From the NCBI GenBank assembly GCA_038087875.1, contig CM075981.1, positions 34,844,001 to 34,908,000 of the forward strand: 64,000 bases of DNA, in the 5' to 3' direction. Of this stretch, positions 49,119-61,665 are shown in pieces. Numbering within the stretch: position 1 is the first letter of the stretch; every line of letters begins with the position of its first letter. The position numbers were made by a program, and so were the translations under genes. Below the pieces are notes generated by a model. It saw nothing but the letters and a program-made list of their open reading frames with translations. It did no database searches and was not told the DNA's origin. Origin of the DNA: Malacoraja senta. Taxonomy: Eukaryota.

Positions 49119-50336
49119 TACGTTACAAATTAAAAATAGTTGATTGATTTCTGGTGGCCTGTTGTGTATCCCAACAACCAGATGAAACAGAAACAGCTGT
49201 TGTTAAGGAGGTTCACCAGGGTACACATCCATGACTGTCAAATAAGATTTCAATCAAGAATTTTGTAGTCAGTGCACATTAAGAGTGTGTTTCTTAACCT
49301 ACAAAAAATAACGATACATTTGATTTGCTCTCGTGCAAAGAACAAAGGATGAGTGAAGAAGCATGTTAATATCAAAAACCCTGGTTGGCAGAGAATGATG
49401 TGTGGATGTAGAGGCAGGAGTCTTCCTCCATCTCCCTAGTGAGACAAAAGACAAACTGGGGAACCTTGTATTCTGCTTGGGTAGCTTGCAATTCAATGGC
49501 ATGAATATTCTCCTACACCCCCTTTCCCTTGCACCCCAAAAAAATGCTTAAGAGGGACAGGCCCATTAGCATTCAAGTCTGGAAAGGAATAATATTTATA
49601 GGCAGATACAAAAATAGTTTGAGGTGTCAACAATATTTCCACACAAGTTTTGTTGGGAAGACCGATCTTCAGATACACTATAACACCACATCAAGTGTGT
49701 CTGGACAAACAAGACCACATTAGATTGATAATCAAATAAGAGTTAACTATTTGCAGCTGCAAGACAAAATTGCAGCTTAATCATACCATACTTCATAAAA
49801 CAAGAAGCTACCAGTCCTTATAAATGTAAAATTCACACAATGATAAAGTCTAAAATATCTGTAATTCTAGCTTGCTGTCATTTTCTCGACCAATTTGCTG
49901 ATGCAATTTTCATTTGTTTCAAGGCCCATCATTTTGTCATTCAATGGCTTCTGCCATCAAATGCTTCTCAGACTAGTTTCAGTCTCTTCCTAACGTGCTA
50001 TATTGAAGAGAATGTGTTTCCCCTCATTACATTTAATTTTGATTGCAATTCTACTGTTTTACCTTGCATATTCAAACTTTGATCTGTAGTCAGATTTTGG
50101 CAATTTATTTAGTGAGTATTGATGGCGTACTGGGTGACCTTACCTGTGGGGTTAGCAAGTTGTAATGGGCAGACAGCCGAACAAATGCTGAATCATTCCA
50201 TGTCTATTAGTAGCAGTATCAGTTTACCAGAATAGCTGGCAACTCCCTCAAGCCAGCAGCATGCTGTCAATATTTTAAATAGAACTGAAAAACCTTGAGA
50301 TTAAAGAGATAGTGGTTACATGGAAGCTGTATGGCT
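49119..50336. repeat. Direct duplication, copy 2 (1218 bp)
   Basis: See copy 1; begins exactly at the 5' end of the L1. Confidence 0.95.
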
Positions 50337-50984
50337 AACGGTCAAAGCAGACATTAGTGGTCAGGAAATGTTTTCAGACTCAGGGAAAATAGTGACATTT
50401 CCTAATGGCCACTATTGGAACTACTGTTGTATTTAATACATTCTTAATTTGCAAACAGACATAAACTTCAAACTCTGCAGGCAAGACGAAACTCAAATGC
50501 AGTATATTGAATATACTAAGATCTTCAGACTGAAGTGATGGGCTTGGGAAGGGGAGGGATTAAGTTTCACAGCAATGTTTAGTAATTCATTTGCATATTG
50601 CCTCATCTATTTCAACAATACGAAACAATTTTGAATTTTAAGTAGGAACAGGGGTCTCAGACAGATAAATAAGTCTCTGAAGTTGGCAAGCAAAACACCA
50701 GGCTGTTGGAAAAATGGCAGAGTCCTTCTTTACTGAAAGATACATGCTATATAAAAAGATATTAAACTTATGCAATACTGGTGCTGGCAGATTCTTTAGA
50801 AAATTTAGGAAAGTATAAAAGTTTTACTAGGTGCGAGGGCTTTATGACTTTTATTAAAGTGGAGAAAGAAAATTGAGCCGTTTTTATTATCAAAGTATTA
50901 AAGTGAGATGGATAGAGCTTCAAATCATGTGGTTGTGAACGAGCCTGCGAGATGTTTCCAATTGCAAAAAGATTGATATTGAAG

Positions 50985-51720
50985 GTAGACAAAAGTGCTG
51001 GAGAAACTCAGCGGGTGCAGCAGCATCTATGGAGCGAAGGAAATAGGCAACGTTTCGGGCCGTAACCCTTCTTCAGACTGATGTAGAGTGGGGGGGCGGG
51101 GAGAAGAAAGGAGAAAGGAAGAGGAGGAGCCCGAGGGCTGAGGGAGAGCTGAGAAGGGGAGGAGACAGCAAGGGCTACCGGAAATTGGAGAAGTCAATGT
51201 TTATGCCGCTAGGGTGCAAAGTGCCCAAGCGGAATATGAGGTGCTGCTCCTCCAATTTCCGGTGGTGCTCACTCTGGGCATGGAGGCCCAGAACAGAAAG
51301 GTCGGATTCGGAATGGGACGGGGAGTTGAAGTGCTGAGCCACCGGGGAGATCAGGTTGGTTAATGCGGACCGAGCGGAGGTGTTCGCCGAAACGATCGCC
51401 AAGCCTACGCTTGGTCTCACTGATGTAGATCAGCTGACATCTAGAGCAGCAGATGCAATAGATGAGGTTGGAGGAGATGCAGGTGAACCTCTGTCGCACC
51501 TGGAACGACTGCTTGGGTCCTTGAATGGAGTCGAGGGGGGAGGTAAAGCGACAAGTGTAGCATCTCTTGCGGTTGCAAGGGAAAGTGCCTGGGGAGGGGG
51601 TGGTGCGGGAGCGAAGGGAAGAATTGACCAGGGAGTTACGGAGGGAGCGGTCTTTGCAGAAAGCAGACGGGGGGGGGGGGGGGGGAGATGGGAAGATGTG
51701 GCGAGTGGTGGGGTCAGCTC
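50985..51720 (-). mobile_element. Penelope-like element, GIY-YIG end and terminal repeat
   Basis: CSRCQLIYISETKRRLGDRFGEH, VAQHFNSPSHSESDL, LEEQHLIFRLGTLHPSGINIDFSNFR; hammerhead core at 51049-51077 (-). Confidence 0.9.
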
Positions 51721-51797
51721 TTATATGTTTAAATAACTTGTTGAAAATAAATTAGATAGATATCTTTATGCAGAATTTTGATTTTGTGCACCACATA

Positions 51798-53426
51798 CAG
51801 TGCCCTCCATAATGTATGGGACAAAGACACATTATTTATTTATTTGCCTCTCTACTCCACAATTTGATATTCGTAATAGAAAAAAAAAATCACATGTGGT
51901 TAAAGTACACATTGTTAGATTTTAATAAAGGCCATTTTTATACATTTTGGTGTCACCATGTAGAAATTACAGCAGTGTTTATACATAGTCCCCCCCATAT
52001 CAGGGCACCATAATGTTTTGGACACAGCAATGTCATGTAAATGAAAGTAGTCATGTTTAGTATTTTGTTGCATATCCTTTGCATGCAATGACTGCTTGAA
52101 GTCTGTGAATCAAGGACATCACCAGTTGCTGGGTGTTTTCTCTGGTGATGCTCTCCCAGGCCTGTATAGCAGCCATCTTTAGCTCATGCTTGTTTTGGGG
52201 GCTAGTCCCCTTCAGTTTTCATTTCAGCATATAAAAGGCATGCTCAATTGGGTTCAGATCGGGTTATTGACTTGGCCACTCAAGAATTGACCATTTTTCA
52301 GCTTTGAAAAACTCCTTTATTGGGATCATTGTCTTGCTGTAGAATGAACTGCTGACCAATGAGTTTTGAGGCATTTGTTTGAACTTGAGCAGATAGGATG
52401 TGTCTATACACATCAGAAATCATTATGCTACTACCATCAGCAGTCCTATCATCAATGTAGACAAGTGAGCCAGTACCTTCAGCAGCCATACATGCCCTTC
52501 TCATAACACCCCCACCACCGTGTTTCACAGATGAGGTGGTATGCTTTGGATCTTGGGCAGTTCCTTCTCTCCTCCATACTTTGCCCTTGCCATCACTCTG
52601 ATATGTTAATCTTCGTCTCATCTGCGCACAAGACCTTTTTCCAGAACTGTGGTTGCTCTTTTAAGTACTTCTTGGTAAACTGTAACCTGACCATCCTATT
52701 TTTGCAGCTAACCAGTGGTTTGCACCTTGCAGAGTAGCCTCTATATTTCTCTGCATGAAGTCTTTTGTGGACAGTGGTCATTGACAAATCCACACCTGAA
52801 GAATGTTTCTGATCTGTCGGACAGGTGTTTGGGGATTTTTCTTTATTATAGAGAGAATTCTTCTGTCATCAGCTGTGGAGGTCTTCCTTGGCCTGCCAGT
52901 CCCTTTGCGATTAATAAGGTCACCAGTGCTCTTTCTTTTTAATGATGTTCCAAACAGTTTATTTTGGTAAGCCGAAGGTTTGGCTCATGTCTCTAAGTTT
53001 TATTCTTGTTTCTAAGTCTCATAATGGCGTATTTGACTTTCATTGGCACAACTTTGGTCCTCATGTTGATAAACAGCAATAGAAGTTTCCAACGGTGATG
53101 GAAAGACTGGAGGAAAGACTAGGTGCTGAGAGCTTTCTTATACCTGCATTAAGGAGGCAATTAAACACACCTGAGCAATTACAAACACCTGTGAAGACAT
53201 GTGTCCCAAACATTATGGTGCCCTGAAATGGGGGGGGCTATATATAAACACAGCTGTAATTTCTACATGGTGAAATCAAAATGTATAAAAATGGCCTTTA
53301 TTAAAATCTGACAATGTGCACTTTAACCACGTGTCATTTTTTTTCTGTTACAAATCTCAAATTGTGGAGTACAGAGGCAAATAAGTAATTGACAGGTCTT
53401 TGTCCCAAACATTATGGAGGACACCG
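51798..53426 (-). mobile_element. Full-length decayed Tc1-family DNA transposon (1629 bp) with long IR/DR-type inverted repeats
   Basis: TA-flanked ends cagtgccctccataatg / cattatggaggacaccg; ~225-bp inverted arms; transposase relics VLCADETKIN, VKHGGG, QQDNDP, WPSQ*PDLNPIEH. Confidence 0.9.
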
Positions 53427-53738
53427 TAAAAGAGTCCAATCAGGTTTAATTAAGTGATCAGACTGCACTAGAATAGAGTACACCCTAGGTCTGGCATTCA
53501 ATGTAATTATGGCCAACCTTTCACATCAGCACCATCCTGGCTCCATTCCAACTTACCTCTTGAAAACACAACGAACACGTATAAAATTCTCTGGGTAGAG
53601 AACAAATATTTACAACTCCGTGAAGAAATGTTTCTTATTTTGAGATTATGACCTCCAGCTCTCGCATCGAAAACTCTAAAAAGAGACAATGCTATCATTC
53701 CCCTCACTTCAAATTCTTCACTCAGAATTTCCAAATTC

Positions 53739-53744
53739 TTTATT
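53739..53744 (-). promoter_or_regulatory. Candidate OARD1 poly(A) signal
   Basis: AATAAA on the minus strand ~545 nt past the stop. Confidence 0.35.
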
Positions 53745-54287
53745 TAGTATTATGTACAAGCGTCTTGTTACATGCATAGTTTGCAACAGAATCACACTCT
53801 TTGCACCATTCAATGGTGATCCTGTGGTTCCATCACTGAATGCATACATCCATTTACATAGCATGTATTGCTAGGGATGGGTGGGGGGAAGGATGAGGAG
53901 AGGAGAAAGGATATCATATAATCACCAATTAACAACTGGAGCATTGAGCTTGCAACTCATCTCCCCTAAGCAAAATGATTCATTAGTTTACAGAATAAAT
54001 TGACTATCATTCTGTGCTGTTCATCCATCCCACTGACATAACTGGAATACCGATTCCCGGATCCAAGGCCCGAGCATCTTGCACTTGCCCCAATTCCAGC
54101 TCATATCAAGCCCTTGTTGCCTGATATGTAGATAGAAATACAACCATCTATTTGTTAATGTACATTGAGAAAGCTGGCTCAGATACTCCTCCTTTACAAA
54201 GAAAAATAAATATAACTCTTCAGATACCTACCTTCATTCCATAATCCAACATATCAGGACCTGTTAACACCAATGCCTACTTGGTAT

Positions 54288-54489
54288 TTATGGCAGTTTA
54301 GAAAGATTATTGAATTGACTGCGTTTGACCTCATTAAAAGCACCCATTGTCCTTTTACAGGTTTGCGGAAACCCAACGGCAGGATTCTCTAGAGAGTACA
54401 CAGTGATGACAATATTCGTGTCCTTAAAAACATCTTGAATTCTCTCAGCAACTGCATTCCAATTCAGTTTGTCTAATCCACAACCAATC
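54288..54489 (-). CDS. OARD1: OARD1/TARG1 last coding exon (RIGCGLDKLNW...ITVYSL + 33-aa extension)
   Basis: Acceptor ttttctttaaag|G; the GCGLD macrodomain motif carries the catalytic Asp; stop TAA at 54290-54288. Confidence 0.9.
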
Positions 54490-55322
54490 CTTTAAAGAAA
54501 AAAAAAGCCACTTATGTTAGAAATATATCAGTCCATTCAGGGCCTTCAGTGAAAGAAGGAGACAGAGACGGTAAATGCATGCTGAAATCTTCAGTAAACA
54601 ATGCAGACTGCAATTGAAACTTAGTGGGTCAGGCAACACAATCCAGAGTTCTTCCAGCATTTATTCGCTCAAGATTTCAGCATATGGTTCTCCTGCCCTT
54701 CAACCATTTCTCACCCAGACTTGTTCCTGCCGACATGCTCCCTTCCTCAAACTGATCCAAAACATTGTCTATCCATTTTCCTCCACAAAATTGCCAATTT
54801 CCTCCATGTTGCTACAACTGCCGAGTTCCTCCAGTAGTTTGTTTTTTACTTCAGTGATGCAGAATGCTTTGGCTTCAGATATAATTTGTGTACCATTCTA
54901 ACTATACATCCAAGCTCCAAAGGATGACACAGATAATGCCTTTAGCCAATTAAGCATTATAAAAAAAAGTAGATGCTGGCACCATCTGCAAAATTAATGG
55001 TCTAACAATTTCATATTACCATGCAACCACACCCAGCATACATTCTTATTCCCACCCACCCCATTATAACCGTATAGATCCTTCCCAGGTTATGAACTCC
55101 TGACATATATAGTTGATACATACAAGCTATCAGATCGGGAGCTTGGGGAAACTATGGGATGGATTTGCCTGCTGCTAAGGGGCTGCAGGCATCTTCCGTT
55201 GGTTGGGAATTCTGTATGCAGCAATATTCAAATGACAGTTCTCAGCAAACTGAACCTTCTTATAATCTAGGGTGGATCTGTAGTTTTTAAAAATTAAATA
55301 AACCAAGGTTTTCTATTATTAC

Positions 55323-55435
55323 CTGGGCATTGAGATGCATGTGACTCCATTACTGATGCAGTGTTTCTTCATGGCCTCCAGGCTGCTCCGTAAACTTTCA
55401 TAAGTTGGCTTTTGAAAGGCTCTCCTTTTAGTAAT
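55323..55435 (-). CDS. OARD1: OARD1 exon ([38 protein letters not shown])
   Basis: 113 nt, ag/gt boundaries, in phase with neighbours; ITK carries the conserved Lys. Confidence 0.95.
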
Positions 55436-55739
55436 CTGCGCAAGAAAAGCCACTAACTATTAATCAATCAGACAATTTCATTAACTCTGTAACGCTAATA
55501 GCAAGTGACATTAAAGAAAGCGGAGACACAAGAAACTGCAGATGCTGGAATCTTGGCCGAAATCATTCTGGAGGAACTCAGTGGGTTAGGTATCATCTGT
55601 AGAGGGAATGGCTGGACAATGTTGAGTCAGCACCCTTCATCAAACTTCAGGTCTGACAAGGGGTATTGACCCATTGTAAAACCAGGGCAGGATCTTTAGA
55701 GTGAATAGTTGGGCCCTAGGGAGTAGGGAGCAGAATAAT

Positions 55740-57350
55740 TCCATGAACGTGGCATCACTGATAAAGATGGCTTTTGATACATTTGTCTTCATCAGTCAGC
55801 CTATTGAGTATAGAAGTTGGAACATTATGTTACAGTGTGCAAGGCATAGAGACCGTATTTGTAGTACTGTGTTCAGTTTTGACCCTGCTATAGGAAGGAT
55901 GTCATGAAGCTGCTGAGAGCGCAGAGATGATCTATGAGGAAGTTGCCAGGACTTGAGGGCCTGAGCTATAGGGAGAGGATGGGCAGGGCAGGACTTTATT
56001 CTTTGCAGTGCAGGAGGCTGAGGGGGTGATATTATAGAGGTGTATAAAGTTATGAGAGGAATAGATAGGGTCAATGTACAGAATCTTTTATTTAGAGTAG
56101 GGGAAATCAAGAACCAGAAGACATAGGTTGAGGCCAAGACAGGAAAGATTTAATTGGAACCAGAGGGAGCAACTATTTTCACTGAGGGTGGTGGGTATAT
56201 GTAACAAGCTACCAGAGGAGGTAGTCAAGGCAGGTACTATAACAGCATTTAAGAGACACTTGGACAGGTACATGGATGGGAAAGATTTTGCAGGATATGG
56301 ACTATATGCTAGCAAATGGGATCAGATTATATTGGGCATTTTGGTCAGCATGGACTAATTAGACCAGAGAATGTGTTTCAGTGCTATATGACCAAGATCA
56401 AAAGCCAAACTGATAACTTAAGTGCACGGTAGCAGTGAAGATATTTTTATAATGCTTCTCTTAAATTCTTGAAATTGCTCAAGGCTGGACTGAAATTAGA
56501 TCTTGAAGTGCTGTCAGAGTAGCCTTGGTGAGTAACTGCTAAACATACTGCAGCCAGCGCGCAGCAGTGATGGAGGGAATGAGTGTTTGCGGATAACAGA
56601 TGGTAATCTTCAGTAGGAAGAAACTGCAGATGCAGGTTTAAACCAAAGATAGACACAAAAAGCTGGAGTAACTCAGCGGGACAGGCAACATCTCTGGAGC
56701 GAAGGAATGGGTGATGTTTCGGGTCGAGACCCTTCTTCAGACTGGAGTCTGCAGTGAAGAAAGCTAATGGCATGTTGGTCATGGCGAGAGGATTTGAGTT
56801 TAGGAGCAAGGAGGTCCTACTGCAGTTGTACAGGGCCCTGGTGAGACCGCACCTGGAGTATTGTGTGCAATTTTGGTCTCCTAATTTGAGGAAGGACATT
56901 ATTGCTATTGAGGGAGTGCAGGTTAACCTGGTGAAAGAATGGGTCGACTGGGCTTGTATTCACTAGAATTTAGAAGGGTGAGAGGGCATCTTACAGAAAA
57001 ATATAAAATTCTTAAAGGACTGGATAGGCTAGATGCAGGAAAAATGCTCCTGATGTTGGGGGAGTTCAGAAACAGGGGGTCACAGTTTAAGAATAAGGGG
57101 TAGGCCATTTAGGACTGAGATGAGGAAAAATGTCTTCACCCAGAGAGTTGTGAATCTGTGGAGGCCAATTCACTGGATATTTTCAAGAGCGAGTTGGATT
57201 TAGCTCTTAGGGCTAAAGTAATCAAGGGATATGGGAAAAAAAGCAGGAACGGAGTACTAATTTTAGATGATCAGCCATGATCATATTAAATGGCGGTGCT
57301 GGTTCGAAGGGCCGAATGGCCTACTCCTGTACCTATTTGCTATGTTTCTA
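55740..57350 (+). mobile_element. Two CR1 3' fragments (55740-56390, 56750-57350) with a Penelope terminal repeat between them, in an OARD1 intron
   Basis: FSLRVVGICNKLP, LYRALVRPHLEYCVQFW; PLE repeat at 56615-56745. Confidence 0.8.
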
Positions 57351-58740
57351 CTCTAGCTTTTTGTGTCTATCTTTGTGTGGATCTTCAGTGCTGCTGGAGG
57401 GGCCCTCATCCAGGCAAGGAGGTTGTGGAAAGGTTTTGGGGTTGCAAAGGCGAGTCATTGAGCACAGGATATCTAGCCTTTGAACTCCTGTCGTAGAGAC
57501 AGCATTTATGTGGCTGTTGTGTTGGATCTCTAGTCAATGGCAATATCTTCAACATTAATGATGGAAGACTTGGCAATGACAATGCCTTTGAATGTCAAGG
57601 GGGCGTGACTACAGTGCTGTCAACATTTCCATTTCATCAGCATCTGAATGCCACCTTGATCACTCTGACATGGATAGTTTCAAATTCTGGAGAATTTGAA
57701 ATGCAATTGAACATTGTAGAATTAACATCCCGAAATTTGACCTAATAATGTCATGAAAGTCTGCGGGAGATGGTTAAGCCTAGGACACTGGCCCTTAAAG
57801 AATTACTGCAGCAATGTCAAAATCATAGAAAGATTGCAGACTGTAGCAGAAGATTATGTAGCTCATTTAGCCAGTGAATGATTTAGCTAGCTAAAGTTAG
57901 TCACTGTAAGTGACATTTAGCTTTTAGCTAAGTCTTTAAGCGTCACTTACAAAGCTCAAATTAGGATCTTTGGTATTCAATGCAATTTAGCCTCCATTAA
58001 AATGAATCCACATTGCAAACTTTTCCAAAAGAATGTGGTTGCAACATAGCCGGTGGAGTTGCTGTCACACAATCCTGACCTCTGGTGCCATGTGTGTGGA
58101 GCTGCAGCTTCTCCCAGTAACCACTTGGGTTTCCCTCGGATGTGTCCTTTTCCTCTTCATCACAAAGACATGCTGGTTGACAGGTTAATTGGTCACTAAA
58201 TTATGCCCAATGTACAAATGAGTGGCAGAATTCAGAAATTGACGGAAATCAATCGCACAAAATATTAGTGGAGGAAGGAGTCTGCTCTGTGAGCCGGCAT
58301 AGACTAAATGGGCCAATGGCTCATGGTGTATGGAAATATAAAGAGAAAGGGAAACAATCTTTCCAAATGCAATCTGCGTGTTTTTGTCTACTTATAAAAT
58401 AGCAGTTTTTTTAATTGGAGACAAGATACACAAGAATAAAGAGTACTCTAACTTTAAAATAAAGATTTGATTTACATAAAAATCAAATCACAAAAAAACT
58501 GTTGAATAAAACATTACTGTCAACCATTGAGCTTCATCATTTGAGTTTAGCCATAAGCATCGGTTTATGATAGGGCTACATTGTCCATGGGATTTTGTTA
58601 AACCAAAAGGATACCATGCAACATGAATTAGTATATATCTAGTAGTGTACTGCATTTTGAAAAACCAAAGTTTAACCTTTATCTTGTGAATTTTAAAAAG
58701 CATTCAAATAATGAACAATAGTACTCAAACTAAAAGTTAC

Positions 58741-58799
58741 CAGATAGTAAATGTATCGTTGGTGTCTTTTCAGTACTGCTACTTCCCCAGTTTTCTTTT
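58741..58799 (-). CDS. OARD1: OARD1 exon (KKTGEVAVLKRHQRYIYYL)
   Basis: 59 nt, ttcacag| acceptor and |gtaact donor; matches human KKSGEVAVLKRDGRYIYYL as recalled. Confidence 0.93.
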
Positions 58800-59317
58800 C
58801 TGTGAAGCAACAAAAGCAATTATTGCATTTTTATTCTTGGTCAGAGTACAAACACAAGAAACAGAAGCAGGATTAGGCTATTTGGTCCATTGTGCTTTCT
58901 CTGCATTCAAGATCCTTTACTTCAACACTACTTTCCTGCACTATACCAAAACATCTACAATTCTTGTTTAGTCTTTAAAACGTTCAGTGACTGAGCCTTC
59001 ATGGTCCTCTTGAATAGTGAATGCCAAAAGATCAGCTATCCTCTGGGTGAAGAACTTCCTCATTTGAATGGCTGATCCCTTATTGTGAGGTTCCTCAGAT
59101 GCACAGGAATATCAAGATTTACCTCATTGTCGAAACTCAAGTCTAGGGCTGGTCATTTTATTCAACTCATCCAACTTTGGAAATAAAGATGGGCAAGTCA
59201 GAATAGATCCATAATTGATTTGAGTACAGGCTGAACACCGATTTTCCGGCACCCTCGGTTCCAAAGCCTTCCTGGATTATCCGTTTTTCTGAATCAACAG
59301 AGGTCACGTGATAATGA

Positions 59318-59770
59318 GAGGAAGGAACTGCAGATGCTGGTTTACACCAAAGATAGACTCAAAATGCTGGAGTAACTCAGCGGGACAGGCAGCATCTCTG
59401 GAGAGAAGGAATGGATGACGTTTTGAGTAAGACTGAAAGGCAGGCGAGAGGGAAACTAGAGATCTGGAAGGATACAAAGAGCAGGTAAGGTGTGAAAAAG
59501 GACAGAACAAGGATGATCAAGGAAATATACAACGGTTCAACATTGGCTGAGGAGAAGATGACAATGAGGCAAACAGTAAAATTAATCAGGAGGACAGTAA
59601 ATCTGGTAGGAGAACTAGGGTGGGAGAGGGACAGAGAGAGGGGGAAAGCAAGGGTTACTTGAAGTTATAGAGAAATCAATATTCATACTGTTGGATTGTC
59701 AGGTGTGTAGGAATGTCCCGGTTGCAAAACACTAACTCCCCCTTCCATTCTGATATTTCTGTCCTGGGTC
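59318..59770 (-). mobile_element. Penelope-like element, 3' end
   Basis: Terminal repeat plus degenerate GIY-YIG tail (ttgaagttatagagaaatcaatattcatac). Confidence 0.7.
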
Positions 59771-59977
59771 CCTTCCACTGTATATTTTACAGATTTTAAT
59801 AACAAAATGTTCCCCTGGAGCTTGTGTCTCTTTTCTGGAAGAGTTATATTAACACAACTTATTTTAACCTAATGTCTCTGCTTATTTTTGGGGGGATGAC
59901 AATGCCCACAAACATGCAGCCATGGCCCACACTGAAATAACTTTACTAAATTTTCCTTCAGATACACAAATTTGGTT

Positions 59978-60152
59978 TAAGAAAGAACTGCAGATGCTGG
60001 AAAAATTGAGGGTAGACAAAAATGCTGGAGAAACTCAGCGGGTGAGGAGCAAAGGAATAGGTGATGTTTTGGGTCGAGTCGAAACGTCACTTATTCCTTC
60101 GTACCATAGATGCTGCCTCACCCGCTGAGTTTCTCCAGCATTATTGTCTACC
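59978..60152. mobile_element. Penelope terminal-repeat fold-back, 80 bp from an OARD1 donor
   Basis: gggtagacaaaaatgctggagaaactcagcggg and its reverse complement. Confidence 0.75.
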
Positions 60153-60233
60153 CAAGAATTTGGTTTGACGTTTTAATGTCAAAACAACATGCACATTCCA
60201 GAGGTGAAAAATAATTATGCTTTAGTTTCTTAC

Positions 60234-60387
60234 TTTGGTCTAGCAGCGCCGTAACAGATCCAAACTGTTTCTTGAATAAAACAGCTATTCCCTTCCCCAT
60301 ACGGCAGTCTGCACTGATGCAGTGCGCCAGCGATTCTTGTGCTGGACATCCAAACAGATCACCAGTCACGTAACAGATTTTAAAGCC
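60234..60387 (-). CDS. OARD1: OARD1 exon ([51 protein letters not shown])
   Basis: 154 nt, ctgtag| and |gtaaga; macrodomain motifs GDLF, LAHCIS, MGKGIA. Confidence 0.96.
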
Positions 60388-60487
60388 CTACAGTGGCAAA
60401 GAAACAGTTATGTATTGATAGCAATCTTTCCATCCTCAATCTTCTTCCTCCTTGTCCAGAAATCACTCAATCCTCATTATTTTCACC

Positions 60488-60860
60488 TGTTGACTTGAGG
60501 AAGCATGGTAGAGAACATGCCCCATTCAGCATCAATGGTCCAGAAATTGAAATAGTTCAGAGCTTCAAGTTCCTTGGTGTTAATATTATCAATGATCTGT
60601 CGTGGATCAACCACATTGATGTGATGTGGGAGGAAGGAAGAAAGGAAAAGCAGCCAATATAATCAAAGACTTGTCCCACACTGTCATTCCTTTCCTCTGC
60701 CCCGTCTGGCACAGGTACAGAAGCTTGAAAGTGCGTGGCACCAGCAGGAACAGCTTCTTCCCCTTTGTTATCAGAAAAGTCCTTCCATAAGTTAGGGTAC
60801 TAGGCAATTTACTCCTGCCCCATCTTGGACATTGGAGTGTTTATGGAAGTAATGCTCTAC
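60488..60860 (+). mobile_element. Rex1/Babar-type LINE fragments
   Basis: VDLRK..HAPFSINGPEIEIVQSFKFLGVNIINDLSWINHI. Confidence 0.7.
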
Positions 60861-61049
60861 AATACCAAAACCTAATTGAAAGCTTGACGCAATTTGCACA
60901 TTGGTTAAAAAGACCAATTCCCAATTGAAAGTAAACAATGAAAAGGCATTTCCAATCATCAAACGAAGAATCTCTCTAAATCTAAAAAGTTGTTTAACAT
61001 GTGTTAAGATTCTTTATAGAAGCATTAACACATTTTGCGCTGACCCGGT

Positions 61050-61330
61050 AATATCATGGTACAGACTAATAGAACTGTGCTTCACAGTTCCAGCAACCCA
61101 GGTTCAAATGTGTCGTCTTGTGCATGTTCTATGATTGTGGTGATTTTCTCCAGGTACTCCAATTTCTTCCCACATCCTCAAATACGTGCTAGTTGATAGA
61201 TTAATAAATTGTCCATGGTAAATTGTCCTGGCGTGTTGTGAGTGGTAAAATCTGGGAGAAATTGATGGGATTGGGGGTTTGATAGTTGGCAGACTTAGTG
61301 GGCAAAAGACTAGTTTCCATGCTGTCTCTC
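61050..61330 (+). mobile_element. HE1-type SINE (diverged)
   Basis: ggttcaaat B box and family body. Confidence 0.6.
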
Positions 61331-61615
61331 TGACAAATGAGCACATGAAGACAGGTGCCAATAGCTTGATCAACAATGGGTTTTAGGGCTCCTCTTAAGA
61401 GGGAGATTTCTAGAAATGGTTAAGGCCAGAGCAACTGCTGAAGGGATGAATAGAATGGTAAAACAAATGTTGATGCTCATCATATCATCCAAACTTTATT
61501 GATCTGACACACCCATAGATCAATATCGTTTGTTTCCAGTAAAGAAAAACAAACTTCTGTAGGTATCTTACTGATATGATCCAAATAGACAGCACACAAT
61601 ATTCATTATACTCAC

Positions 61616-61665
61616 ATTGCCCCCTAGTGGTTTCTCCATACATTTCATCGTTTTGTGCATCCAAC
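61616..61665 (-). CDS. OARD1: OARD1 N-terminal exon (GWMHKTMKCMEKPLGGN)
   Basis: 50 nt with acceptor tcttatcttcaatag| and donor |gtgagt; ends in phase 0, in frame with 60387. Confidence 0.75.

Noticed and set aside
43839-50082. Identical small ORFs in both duplicate copies as a duplicated gene
   Set aside because: 60-80 aa, non-ATG or weak starts and no motifs; they are identical only because the DNA is duplicated.
60148-60233. C-terminal part of the ORF-track OARD1 frame (SKKLKHNYF...)
   Set aside because: It reads through the donor at 60233 into intron.
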